Below, in pieces: positions 23,424-38,800 of a stretch of DNA of 64,000 bases. Source of the DNA: Hormiphora californensis (Eukaryota; Animalia; Ctenophora); NCBI GenBank assembly GCA_020137815.1, contig CM035360.1:4836001-4900000 (forward strand), given 5' to 3'. The notes below the pieces were generated by a model that was not told the DNA's origin, did no database searches, and saw only the letters and a program-made list of their open reading frames with translations. Each line of letters starts with the position of its first letter. Position 1 is the first letter of the stretch. The translations under genes were made by a program, and so were the position numbers.

Positions 23424-24255
23424 TTCCGATTTGGAAAGAAGAGAGATATGAATGTGACATATACAATGGACAGCAATATGACTACGTCAAATACCAAAAT
23501 CTTCATTCATGATCTGCCTGGCGGCGCCAACCCAATCTGAGTACACTGTCACTCGCTCAGATCACTTTGAGCATCAAAAAGGGGACGCCAGAGAGTTCAT
23601 GATTGGTGTATAGCCGTGAGTTATTTTGTCTTTAACAATAGTACGGAATTCGAATTACAATTATTTTTTGTACTGCTGCAATGGTCTGTACATAACATTG
23701 CAATTCAGTTCTGCTCAAGAGTTCGTGAAGCTGGGCTGGTGCAGTGGACTATCTAAGAACTATCAGTGTATTTGAAATGCTAACTGAATTTAATTTTTTA
23801 TTTGGTGATAAATTAACGAGTATTGTGCTAGTGCTAAGTCAGGCATCGGAAAAAATACGGTATCAGTCAAATACGGTATTGCCGTATTGGTCAAATACGG
23901 CAAGATTCAAGAAGACACGCAAGATTTACCAATGATCAGAGCGCTAGATTCACAGCACGTGTGTTCGGCAGAGTGCCGTTTAAGTGCAAGTTCATTGCTT
24001 TCTTTTACTGTTAAACCTAGAAAATGCGGGCCTGATTGAGAAGATAAGAGAGAGAAGGGCGAGTAGAGCGAGCGAGAGAGGCGAGACGCTAGCGCGCGCG
24101 CGCAGAGAGCAGACGAGGCGAGCGAGCAAGCGAGAGGCGAGAGCTGAGAGCGGTCGAGAGCGAGACGTGAGCGAGAGCAGGAGCGCGCGAGAGTGCGAGA
24201 TCGGCTCGTAGCTCTCTCTCTCTCTTCTCTCTCTCTCTCCTCTCTCTCTCTCTCC

Positions 24256-24289
<34 letters not shown>

Positions 24290-24530
24290 TCTCCTCTCTC
24301 CTCTTTCTCTCTCTCTCTCTCAATCCATCTCATTCTCTCTGTATCTCTATGTTTACATACCACCCAGATGTAGCAAATCATAGCCAGGCAGGGTATAGCA
24401 AGATCTATAGCAAGAACTGGAGGAGTAGTGGTATTTCTTTGGTCTTGTTATCTTTCGGGAGCGCTCCCGCCTTAGAACAACAACATCGAGCGAAAGGAGA
24501 GCAAAGAGATGGTCGAGAATATTAAGGTAA

Positions 24531-26271
<1,741 letters not shown>

Positions 26272-27002
26272 TTCAGATTAGAGTGGAAACTGGAAGAGAG
26301 GTACACCATGGCATGATACGCCATAGCATGGCGGCGATACATAAGTATTAATGTAAATTGAGACGGGAATACGAATTGTCGAACTGGCCATTCGACGGCA
26401 GTACCTATGACTATTTCAAAATCTTTAATTCGTTCACGATTGGTTTAGTCGTGAGTTACTTCTATTTTTTTGCGAGTGTATGGACTTCGTGAAGCTGAGC
26501 TGGTATGATTTGTTTAGTAGTTGCTGATCATGTCCGGTTTCCTTAATAATTTATCAAAACCCCCACAAGAAATGTTATTGTTATTCAACATAGTTTTCAA
26601 CACTGATTAATTTGAGCCACTGATGATGTACATCGAAAATTATTGATTCAAAATTATTAACCCAGCGAGTCTCCATTTATCCAATTTAAACACAAGAACT
26701 CAGTCTCACAGCTGTTATCTCAATCTTGCCTTGTTCGACCCTCCCTCCCCTCAAAACATGGTTTGAACAAAACAGCAAGAATTATTTGGTCAAGAAATAC
26801 ATTATAGTTGTGACGTTGCAGTTCGTTTCACTTTTGCTTGTCTCAGACACCAATAAGGGCTCTTCCTCTCACTAAAATGCAACTTAAATCCGTCTCAAAT
26901 ACCCATTTCTAGCACACATGAACTCCCAGTTACCACTGAACTGTCTCTCGGGCCTGGCCTAGTCTCATCACTAAATTACAGCTACATTCTTGGCCAATAT
27001 TA

Positions 27003-27256
27003 GGGGAAACTCTAACAGAATGCTCGCGGGGTGGTGGCGTCCCATCACTGGTAAAACTCTAATTGAATGGAAGCGAATGATGGAAGAACGCGCGAACATG
27101 TTCGTGTCTTTGTCATCGCGCCCTACGTAAAAGCCTTTTTTTGGCAAAATTTGTGGCAAATCCTGGCGCGCACAGAGTGATGACTCTCATTATCAGTTAG
27201 ATTTTTGCCAGTGATGGGACGCCGTTGCTGCGCGGGCATTCAGTTAGAGTTTCCCC
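27003..27256. mobile_element. PIF/Harbinger (Tourist-like) MITE
   Basis: TIR GGGGAAACTCTAAC(A/T)GAATGC; TTA on both sides. Confidence 0.85.
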
Positions 27257-27716
27257 TTACCCACCGCCCCACCCCCACCCGCCCTCCCCCACCCGCCTCT
27301 CCCAATATAGCGGACATTGCTATACACCACACTACAGAGACAATCCTTGTGTTTTGGTGCACTAAGTCGCTTATCGCGTGTAACAACTAACAAATGTTCT
27401 TATCTGTCCCATCTGCATAGTATTCTAGAACATTTTACAGTATATTGGTGCTACATTCAGTCCTACCCCTTATCTGTGTTCAATCGTTTTTGTTTATCTT
27501 CATCTCCGATCCACTGGAAATGCATATACCTCTCATCTCATCATCAACAACATCACGGTACCAATCATCCATCAAAATTCTGTAAGTTCACCTGTCCGTA
27601 TTGTCTGTTCACAGATTGTGTAAAGTTTATATTGTGAATGTAATTTACTATTCAAAACACGGTAAACATCGGGATTCCAGACCCAAACTCAAGAAATTCT
27701 CAAAGGCAAAACGTCA

Positions 27717-28006
27717 GGGGAAACTCTAACTGAATGGCATCCCGTTGATGGGGTCCCATCGGCAGTGAGGCTCTGACTGATGGTGGACCGCAGTGGTGGT
27801 TCTTTCTCTGTATTCTCTCTGTATGCAGTACATCTATGTACTGCCTACAGAGAGAATACAGAGAAAGAACTATAGGGCATGCCCGGGCGCGGGCGCGCAC
27901 ACAGAGAGAATACAGAGAAAGAACCATCGCTGTGGTCCATTGTCAGTTGGAGTTTTGCTGTTGATGGGATCCCATTGGTGGGATGCCATTCAGTTAGAGT
28001 TTCCCC
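27717..28006. mobile_element. PIF/Harbinger (Tourist-like) MITE, second subfamily
   Basis: Same TIR; TCA/TTA flanks; inserted in one unit of a ~51-bp tandem repeat whose other units (28015-28120) show the empty site aaaacgTTAccttg. Confidence 0.85.
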
Positions 28007-28380
28007 TTACCTTGTTCCAGACCAAACTAAACTCAAGACACTCTCAAAGGCAAAACGTTACCTTGATCCAGACTAAACCAAACTCAAGACTCTCTCAAAG
28101 GCAAAACGTTACCTTGTTCCAGACTCAGAAGCTGACAGGACATAAAGCTTGCGTGAGAGTGCCCGAATACAGACCACAAACAGTTAGAATATCAGAGAAA
28201 TTTTGTTTGATTTTGGTGTAATTTTGAGCGTGATATTTTAGCTACTATCTTTCATACAGACCACAGACTTTATGACAGGTTGCAACACCGTTCTGTCGTG
28301 CGGCAGAGTTTGGTACGCTATAACCTAGAGCCACACACACACACACACACATTATAGTTGTGGCGCGCAGTATTCTACTT

Positions 28381-28745
28381 TTTATGTAAAGTTGATGTCA
28401 GCACTCACAATGCGCGTCAAGCATGCTTCAACAGCTGAACAGACCGCCAAGATCATGAGCTTGGGCACGTCGTCCTTTGCAATGCTATCTGCAGTCTGTC
28501 CAGTGTCCATTCGGCCCGTTAAGTGCCTCAGGCTCGCGTAAGCTCACACCGAAGGCCCGGTGTGAGAGCTGACTGACGAGGAACATGTCATCCGACATCC
28601 ATTGGTGCAGACCTGTGATTGTCGTTCGTAGGTCGTGAATCACATTGATTGCCGTCACACTACAAAGAACATCTACAAACCGAATCCCTCCACTACCATT
28701 TTGTGGAGGGCCCTCCACAAAATGGTAGTGATAATAAACAGGCAT
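28381..28745 (-). CDS. Possible small hypothetical gene just downstream of FANCM
   Basis: ORF MPVYYHYHFVEGPP... with AAAAAATG start context; a ~62-nt GT-AG intron could add DSIAKDDVPKLMIL...NFT. No domain recognised. Confidence 0.3.
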
Positions 28746-28910
28746 TTTTTAGGGTGAATGGAAATAAATAGAAAAAGACAATACATTCATTTAAAAACAA
28801 TCGTGCAACTGCACATTATTTGATGAAATAAAAAACACAGTTTTTGGCAATAACATATCCTCTCGAGTCCCATTCCACTTTCTAGCTCTGTAACAATTCA
28901 AATCAGTAAT

Positions 28911-29775
28911 TCAGGACACTCCCGTGGTTTTGCAGTGCTTGATTAGTAGGGCTGTAGTAAGAGGATTCAACCCACCGATCCTTGCTATTATATCTCTCTT
29001 GCTGAAATTATACACTTTTAACGACACTTTTTCGCATAGAATGAAACACGAATCGATCAATAAATATGTTTACAGAAATGAGTATTGAGTATAATCATTT
29101 CATCAACTATACCTGTTTAACAGGTGTCCCAAGGAGTTAAATCCAGCAGACAGGAGTCTGACTTGTGCCAGGTTCAAACAGGAAACACAGGATAACATCT
29201 GCTCCAATATCCGCTGTTTCTCGGACAGTTTGGTAGCCCCGGGAATGGTGAGAGCTGTTGGAGCTGTGCTGCTGACAAGACCGGAGATAATAGCTGCTGT
29301 TTGTTCTGAAATAGAGTGGTCATTAGTTGTTTGGATTCTGAAATAGAGTGGTAATTAGTTGTTTGGATTCTGAAATAGAATGGTAATTAGTCGTGGATTT
29401 TGGTTCTCATATTTCTAAAAGAACGGCAAATCATTTTAGATTACAGAATTGACAGATAAAGGCCCTTCAAAGGATTTTGTCAGTTCGGCCATATTTCATA
29501 GATATCTGTGTTTCTAATCTGTAATGGCCAATTGACCCACACACCCCAGGCGTGTCCCTTTCCAATCCAGATTGATTAGTCGCTGCGCCTGAATCTACTC
29601 ATGAAAATTCAAAAGTAAGATCAGATCTGGTCCAGATGGTAGATAAAAGATACTGATCAGTACTCAGTATCAGTAGCGATCAATTAATTACTGATCCGAG
29701 CTACCGTAGCCTTCAGAACTATCATTTGTCAACCAAGTTGGTCATCATGTCTCTCTCTCTCCTTCTCTCTATCTC

Positions 29776-29847
<72 letters not shown>

Positions 29848-32708
29848 TCTCTCTCTCTCTCTCACACACACTCTCTCACCCTCCCCATCAGACAAATTCT
29901 CAATTAATGAACACGCGATCATTGCAGGTCACATGACCATGTACTAATGAATTGGAAATGAACAGATATTATATAAGGCCCGATATACTCGGTATCTGAC
30001 GGAACCATATCTTGTTGCTTGTTCTCCTAACAGTTGCAGCAACATACTTTGACACTGGGCAGTTGTGTGTGCTATGGGCTACCCTTCTGGCTAGGGTGGG
30101 CTGCATTTGTACACACGGGATGTTGCACCAGTCACCCAGCTAGGGAAGGTAAATTACCCCTTTTATTACCTTCTAGATAAGCTAGGAGAGCTTCATGAGT
30201 AGACACTTATTCAACGTTGATCATTGTAACCAACTCTTCTTCTCAACTTCAGGTTTAGCAATTAGAACGATGCGAATAGAAAACGCCCACTTATTTATAT
30301 TGCAACAAACCACTGGAAAGACTCATCGGCCGCACAGAGACCTCGCTCATGAGTGTGATGTTTAGCACACGTGGTGTAGCTCATGATTAAGGAGCCCCTT
30401 CTTTTCCTGGACAGCTGTTTTGAACGGTAGATAAAGTCCAAAGCTATAGTGTGAAGAAACACTGTTCAATGACTTGTCTAGGTAGGTACCCGACCAGCTC
30501 CTTAACTCAGTCTCTTTCTCCTTTTTGAGTAGAAATTAAGCAGAGTCGGGTACAACACACTATGTTTATCATGTTATTTTGCGAGAGGAAGATTGTCTTG
30601 TTCAGCAGTCCGACGGTGCCGACCAGATCTGGGCGAACTGCCAAAGCAGGGTCGGCACCGCCAGAGAGAGAGATAGCAATAAAACTCACCCTGCGAGAAA
30701 GAGAGGAGAAGTAATGTGTTATGAGAGGGAGAGCAGAGTTTGTGTTGTGTAGCTACAAACTGTTCAGCATCGTAGGTCTCTGTTTTATTTAGCAACTGAA
30801 ACATATAATTCATTATCAGATCTGTTCATGCACCTTCTCATTGCAGGCCATCTCGATCACCTAATTCCGAGATCCATGACTTGTGTGGCTTTTTTTATAT
30901 CATAAAATCGAGGGTTTGGTAGATCTATCCATGACCATTAACCTACCTTTCTCTTTCTCTCTTGAATATGTTCAGCAATGATAACTACTGTTTTGTAGTG
31001 TCTGTGCAGCTCCTGGGAGCGGGTCGTCAACTCAAATACCCCTTTATACACATCTATAGGGATTAGAGACAGGGAGTAATGGGAATCAAGAAAGATATTC
31101 GTTATTATCAGACAATTCTCCCACACTCTCAGAGCCAGAGCATGGCAAGGCGTTGGGCACGTCGCGCCCCTCATGCTCGCGCGCCCGTAGGGCGATCCCC
31201 TCACGCGGGCAAGGCAAGGCGTACCAAAAGTTCATCTTAGTTGGGTATAGTACCTGTGAGGGTAACACGAAGAACAACTGTAGCAGTGTTGACTATGAAA
31301 TCACAATCCCCCATCTCTCCCCTCACCTCCACATTTAGCCCGTATCTTCCCCTTAGTACACTACACACCTGATTATTTGATGCTGCCTGGGGGGGGGGGG
31401 GTGGGGGTAAACCGTAAATGTTGTTCAAATAACATCGGATAGAAATCTGGTAGTATTTTGAGGAAATTGGAGGAAAATTGGAGGAAAATTGGAGAAATAA
31501 AACGTACCCTTGAACGTGCGAGAACAGTGCACTCAGTCATATCCTTCATAGATCCTGGTTGGTTAGATTCTGGTTTGCTAACCCCGGAAACACTCTTCTC
31601 AGCAACACTACAACCAGGAACATCCCTTTTCTCGTGATTCGCTATCTTGTCCACGGGCGATTTCTTGTTGGTGGTGGCATTAGCGACAGCAGCAGCACAA
31701 GCTTTGTCAACTAGAGAGCAGTCCAGGTCTATACTATCTCCGAATAGATCAAATGAGCTCGTCTCAGTGGGTTGGGTTTTCATAATGGTAGTATCAAAAT
31801 CGTCATCCATATCTGCGGGGGGAAGAGGGAGAATTATATAAAAAATCCAGCGACTAATTCGAGCAGCGTGTGCGATACTACAGACAGAGCCTGACAAATT
31901 GTTACCCTTATATTTCCTTATTATGTTCTAACCCTCCCTTTACATTTGTAAAGGTAGGTGTTTCGGGTGCGGGGCGCCCGAAACACAGTCTAGCCAGGGA
32001 AATATTTCCTTAAATAGGGATAAAACTATACTCCAATTTGTACCTTCAAGAAGATCGTCAAGACCGAGTAGAAATGAAGATTTGTTTGCAGCTGGAGGGT
32101 TCGTAGACAATGGCACCTCTTTTGACGGACCAACTTTGGGAGGCACTTGTTTTGATGAAGGAGCAGGTTTTGGAGGCACTTGTTTTGATAAAGGATCAGG
32201 TTTAGGAGACATATGTTTTGATAAAGGAGCAGGTTTTGGAAGTTTCCTGGAAGGAGTTGTTCGGGTCGACACGGGCTGGGCAAATCCAGTTTTAGGAGAC
32301 TCTTTACTGGCAAGAGGTGATTCCTCAAATTCCCTAACTCGACGGGTCTTGCTTTTCTTTGTCTTTCTAACCGGTGTTATTGTTCGATCCTGATGGTGTA
32401 GAATAAAGTGTTGGAGAATCGAGTAAAAAACGAACACAATATTTGCTATTTATGAGCTACGAACATCTAAACTTCAATCCCAAGGGGGATGGTGTCATAA
32501 CTCATGAATGAAGAATGAGGCATTTAAAATTAATAATTGAACATAATATGTATTAAGCCAAAAACTAATTTAAATTAGTTGGCGGGAAAGGTGACCCACT
32601 TACACCTTTTGCTACTGCCGGGTATCACCACGAACTCATTCTCTGTATCTCAATCTCTTATTTTTCGAGGGTAACTTATTCCTGTTCGTTCTATCCCTGT
32701 CTCCATGT

Positions 32709-32794
<86 letters not shown>

Positions 32795-32802
32795 CTCTCT
32801 CT

Positions 32803-32845
<43 letters not shown>

Positions 32846-35800
32846 ACTCTCTCACACTATCTTTCACTGTCTTATTCCGCTATAATATTCACCTCTTATA
32901 TCCCTGATCCCGGCAGCAGGCAAAGGTGTAAGTGGGTCACCTTTCCCGCCAACTAATTTAAATTAGTTTTTGGCTTAATTTAGGTCCCTTTTTGGTTTCT
33001 AATCGCAGCATGACATCATTTCATTATGTAATATTGTCGAAATGATGCGTTATATGAGAAATGAGACGAATTTCTGTGAAAATCGTATTTTAGACGTCAT
33101 AATGACGTCATTTGACGTAATTAGTGACGTCGTAACGACGTTATTGCATCACGATATATTTTGAATCAATACCCCAAAGGAGCTTGTAAAGTTTCATTGA
33201 CCACAGTGGTCAGGAAAGGGAGTTTTTGCCCGAAAAACGTTTAAGTTGCTGAATTTTTCGTCAAATTTTTGACTTCCGACGCGATTTAAGGGCTCAAAAT
33301 GATAAGCTACGAAAATTCGCTATATAGTATCTGAAAGTTCAGACGATTTGCCGGTAACGATTTTTCGTCAAATCAGAAATCGGAACACGTCTTCAGGGTG
33401 CTAGAGGCGTTTGAAAAAATTTAGTCGGTCTCGCGCAATGACGTCACTCGTGGCGTCATTGCGCGCGTCATAGGTAAGATGGAGAGTCGCCACCCAGATG
33501 GGTACATGCACGAGACAATTTTCTGTCGAATGCCGCTTGGTTTAAGGTCGTACGATGTCTGGTTCGTTTCAAACAGGGACCAAACGGAAGGTAACAAAGC
33601 GTCTATCCATGTATGTATGTATCAACCTAGTTATCCCCACACTGAATTTTCTGTTTTGGGGGTGGTGTTATAACTTTTGAACAAAAAGAGCTAGCCACTT
33701 GAAATTTTTACCATCGATAGAGGTCTACAAGAAGCTTCTAAGTACGAAATTTCAGCTTCCTAGCTCTTCCGGTTCGGGAGTTATGGCATGTCAAAAAGTG
33801 CCAAAATGGGCTAAAAGTATGAAATAACTATATATACGCTGTGAGCAAGCGGGCCGTTTTTGGGGGAAATTTTTTTCGGGGGATGGATGGGGTCACCTTT
33901 GCGCTTGCCAGCGCAGTGATAACAAACCTGAGCTGTTTGGCGTTGGGTAAACACTGCTGTTTCCTCAAAGTCATCATCTAACAAACTGAAGTCCTCATCA
34001 TCACAAATAAAGCTGTCAAACTCTCCCGTTTCCTCTCGAGGGTAAACGTCCTTACTAAATAACACATGATATTATATGTGGTGAAACGTGAGAAGTTGAA
34101 GTAGCATTGAAACCGGAGATAGGAGGTCTTGGGCCGGGGGTATGAAGGGGTGGTTGTGGGTTTATTTGAAAAACATGATACTAACCTGGGATCTTGAGAG
34201 TATACATCTCCGGTAAATTCCTGACCCACTGTCCGTATCACTTGGTGGCCATTCTGGTTTGCTGCATTGTGCCGCAGGTAAAATGTCTGTCCTGAACCTG
34301 TAACAATTAATAAAATATCAGTCGATTTACCTTACATTTCCCGTGAATCGTAGTCTATACTACTACATGTTCCTTCGCCTCTTGTCGAGTCAACAATTCG
34401 CCTCCCCAATAAGATCTACCCTGTCACAACTTGGTAAAATAACCAGGAACCGACCGAATCAGGAAATACTGGTCCCTGATTGGCTGATAACCAGTCACGT
34501 GACCTAAATAACGAGTTCTGATGGGGTTCTGATTGGTTGTTTACTTGTGTCGGTCGGTTCCTGAAAATAACTAACAACTATTCTACACGGTGTATATTAC
34601 CTTGGGAAGGTTCCTCTAATTCCAAGAAATCCTCCATTGAGCTGCTCAACAGATCCTCATCCCCATCCCTCTCCTCCTCATCATCATCATCATCAACATC
34701 ATCAGCCATATCATCCACAAACATACAACCCTGTTTCTTCTGTCGCTTGGTTGGAGGCTGCTGCTGTTGTTGAGTGCAGAGAATGTTGTGAGCGGGTCTT
34801 CGTCGCTTAGCAACCACCAAAGGTGAAACCATTTCTGGGGTTGTCATAGCTGCAGCAGATGGTTTGGGTTTACAAGGAGTAGTGAAGTTGGGTTTCTTAG
34901 AAGTTCCATCCGTTGGTTTGTTAGTACCACATTTGAGAGGGGTGGTTTTGTTTAGCACACTCAATTTCAAGCTGACTGGGGTTGTGTTTGATCGGTTTTC
35001 TTTACCAGCAGCAGGGGTAGACGCTGTGTTTGGGAGGAATGGAGTGGTTGCTAGGGGAGCTCGGCTCGGTGTCAACTTTTTAGGTGTTTCCTGATCATAG
35101 TTGCAATTGTTATCCGGTTGCTTGGTAACCGTTTCAGAGTTTTTAGGGTCGTTGTTTATTGCTCCAGTAGCCGGTTTTGCGATTCGACCCATGACTTCTT
35201 GGGTTAGCTGGGAACCAATGGAGAGATCTGAGAAGAGGTCCTCATCCGAATCAACAATATCACCATGGTAATCAGCTGCTTGATCCTTCACTTCCAGCCG
35301 GACCACCGAGTCAAAGAGGTTGGACTGACTTGCAATCTGGTTCACATCAATTGAATCAAACAAATCCATCTGAGAATCATCATCATCATCATTTGTTTCT
35401 GTTACGGTTACGTCACGTGTTTCTGTCACAGTGACATCATTTGTTTCTGACACTTCACGATGTTGTAATGTGATGTCATCAAATGAATCATCTTCTGCAC
35501 CGATTGTAACATCACCTATACCAGATGTTACATCTCCCATCTCTTCTTCCTCACCCTTGTTCTCTCCCTCCATCCCAACATGAGAGGGTGAGGCATCTTC
35601 AGGGGGCTGGTTTGGTGATGGGCACAGGGAGATCTCAGAGAGAGATGGAAGTGTAGAAGGTGGACCTGGAATTGACCTGATGGAGGTGTCACCAACACCC
35701 CAGGTATCATTCAGGAAGTGCCCCAAACTCCTTCGAACCTCATTTAGTGTATCACCAGGAAGCTGACCTGAACATATCGTGAGGTCTGTGGTTGTTTCAG

Positions 35801-38800
35801 CAAAAACATCATTTTGTAGAATTATCGAGTCTTCGGTTGAGGATGTTGTGTTGTGTTCTTCCCCCTCCTTTTGATTATTAGGTTTGCGGGAGTCAGGTAT
35901 GTGGATAACTGAATTGTTTTTCTCTGCTGGAGAAGTTCCTCCACTGTTTCTTACATTATTTTCTGGAGACTGCATTCCTACTGCACCACCGGCAAGATCT
36001 GCTTCGATACCCCCTATCTCAGGACTGCAGAGTGTTTCTGTGTCGGGGTAGGGTGGGGGTGAAGACATGGGGGACCAATTATTATTATCAGCCACCTCTA
36101 TCTCTGCCACCTGAGCCACTGCAGTCTGGTTAACACGATCTCTGAGTGGAACCTCCCAGATCTGACTGGATCCAACTGGATCATGTGATTTACCAGCGGG
36201 GGATGAAGGAGCCACTTTAGTAACTTTATCAGGGGATGAGGGAGGAGCCATCTTATGAGGTTCAGGTGATAGACAAGAGAACAGACTAGGTTGGGGCTTC
36301 TTAACGAATGGTAGCTTAGTTTGCTTCAGCTGCTGGCCAGCGAAATCTTCATCATCCGATAAAACACATATCACTCCTCCTCCTCCTCCTCCCTTTTTGG
36401 GGTTTGGAGCGTCACTTTTCTTCTTCGACCCCTTCTTCTTCGTCTCACAACTAGTAGGAATGTCCTCCGGGTCGAGGTTTTCTAGCAGCTCTTCCTCGTA
36501 CTTGATAATGGCTTTAGAACCCTTGAATAACTCGTTCACCTGGGAGGGAATGCAGATTAGAACCGGAGTTGAACTGTTCTTACTGTCTCCGCGAGAGAGT
36601 CTGAATAGGGCAGTGGGGGAATAACTTTCTGATACAATTAAGGTATGATTGATTTGTCCGAGAAGCGAAATATGACAGTACCTAATGGGGATTATTTCAC
36701 ACTGACCTCCATTATGTGAATTAACGTCATGGTACCCATGGAGTGTCCAATATTAAAAGCGGCCTGTTCACATCCCTGCCAGTGTATCCACCGATCCAGA
36801 CACCCCGCCAGAGAAAACTTCCTGAAGAATGGTGTGTGGAGATCACGTAATGGATTGGTGTTAAAAAACAGTCCCTTATTGATTGTCCTCAAATAATCAG
36901 GTGCTATGTAAGATAAGCTGGATCTTGAAACAGCAGATAAAATCGTCATCTCACTGACTGTAATGATAGTACATTTTACAGTTAAAAACTTTAATTTTAC
37001 TGTTTTTTACTACAGTTTCAGATCCATGTGCTGCAAGTGAGGCGAGTCAAGAGTTAGATCGCGCGGCTGTGACTACACAAATGAACTCGCGTGTTACGTC
37101 TTTACACAATTGTTTGTGTGACAATGTCCCATTTATGGGGCACAGAACTTTGCAGACCGGTTAAATGTCAACCGGTCAAGACTCAAATTTCGAACTTGAA
37201 ATTTGAGTCCATGGACCATGGAACACTCAGAAAAACTTACCGTTCTTTACTCTGTGAATTCCGGGTATCTATTTTAGCAAACTGACTGTTACTCAAGAAA
37301 GGGTCTTTCTCCTTCTGGGCAATAGTTTTCGGTTTTTGTTGTCTTGCTAACGGTCGTTGGGTTTTAAACTGGGTTGGAGCGAGCACCTAATTGGGGAACC
37401 ACTGTTAGATTAATGTCAATCTCCCCTGTATTAAATTTTATACTACATACTTAGAAACAAGCATCAGTACAAATTCACACGATACCAAAATATAAAAACC
37501 CGAATTGTTCCACAATTTGATACGACTTGTTGTTGAAATTTGAACTTATTATCATCCTTGTGATTTATTTGTTTGTACCTGTTTGTCAGCTTTTGGGTTG
37601 AGATGACGTGGTACCATCCTAGGATTATCACTGAACAATGTTAGAGTGTGAAGTTTAGTCATGACTGCCTTGGATACTGACTTCTTGGTACTCAAACTCT
37701 TTTTATAGATCTGTAATGGAAGATAAATGTATGTGGTAAATCAATGTAATTAATCGATTTAGTTAATAAACTCAGTTAATAAATGTATTTAATTCCAAAG
37801 ATCACAGAATAAGATAGGTAGTAAACATTATCGCATATTAGTACTACCACATATTAGTACCTGTTCTTCCTTTCCCTCGGTCAACATGACCACAATACAC
37901 CCTGCCCTCTTCCTGGCAGCTCGACCCATCCTCTGAACAAGCCGTGTTGGGGATGAACTGGCATCGTAGCAGATAATCAGATCCACACTTCCAATATCTA
38001 GACCTTCCTCCCCTACACACGTTGCTACCTGCGTGGGGTGAGGAGGATGGCGGGGAGGTTTGGGGGATGAGAAAGGGGAAGGATGAGAGAGGGAGAAAGG
38101 GGAAGGGAGAGGGTAAGAAAGGGCTAGGATGACACGGGGAGAAAGGGGGATTTTTACACTTGCATAAAATGTAAATTATGTGATGTTTATCTTGGTAACG
38201 AAATTACCCTTCGACCGGTGACCCTCGTAGAGGTATTGCGGTAGAAAGGCTCGTTTTAGCGTGCCCGCAAGGTAATTTCGCAAGGTAATTTCGGTACCAA
38301 ATGTTTATCCCCTTCCCCAAGAGCACACACAAGCAAGAAGGAAAGAAACGGGGAGATGATTTATCATTTTAAACACCGACCAGAATATTGAATTTTCCAC
38401 TTTTAAAATCGGCAACGGTTTGAAGTTGTTGTTTTTGTTTCAGACCTTTCTCCCCACTCTGTCCCACAAACGCAGTAGCTTTCAATAGGCTACCCTCCTC
38501 TCGATTAATGTTTTTTACTAAATCTTGTACACTGAAATGTGTGTGTCTCTTGAGAAAAGAAAGGCATTTATCCAGTTGTTTATAGCTGTCAGTCAAGATG
38601 ACAGTCAAGCTGTGAGTCAAGATGACAGTCAAGAGTCATCTGGATTGAATGTAGTTACATCGAACTCGTCTAATATAAAACCACACATCCTACCTACAAA
38701 TCTGAGTTATTCCTACCTACAACTCTGAGTTAATTACTAATTAATTAATTACCTATCGCGATAGGAGGAGAACACCATTGCCCTAGTGTCCGGGGTGGAA

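Noticed and set aside
24040-24215. GC/GA degenerate tract with ARRE-rich ORFs (similar tract at 10990-11110)
   Set aside because: Looks like miscalled sequence next to a (GA)n tract.
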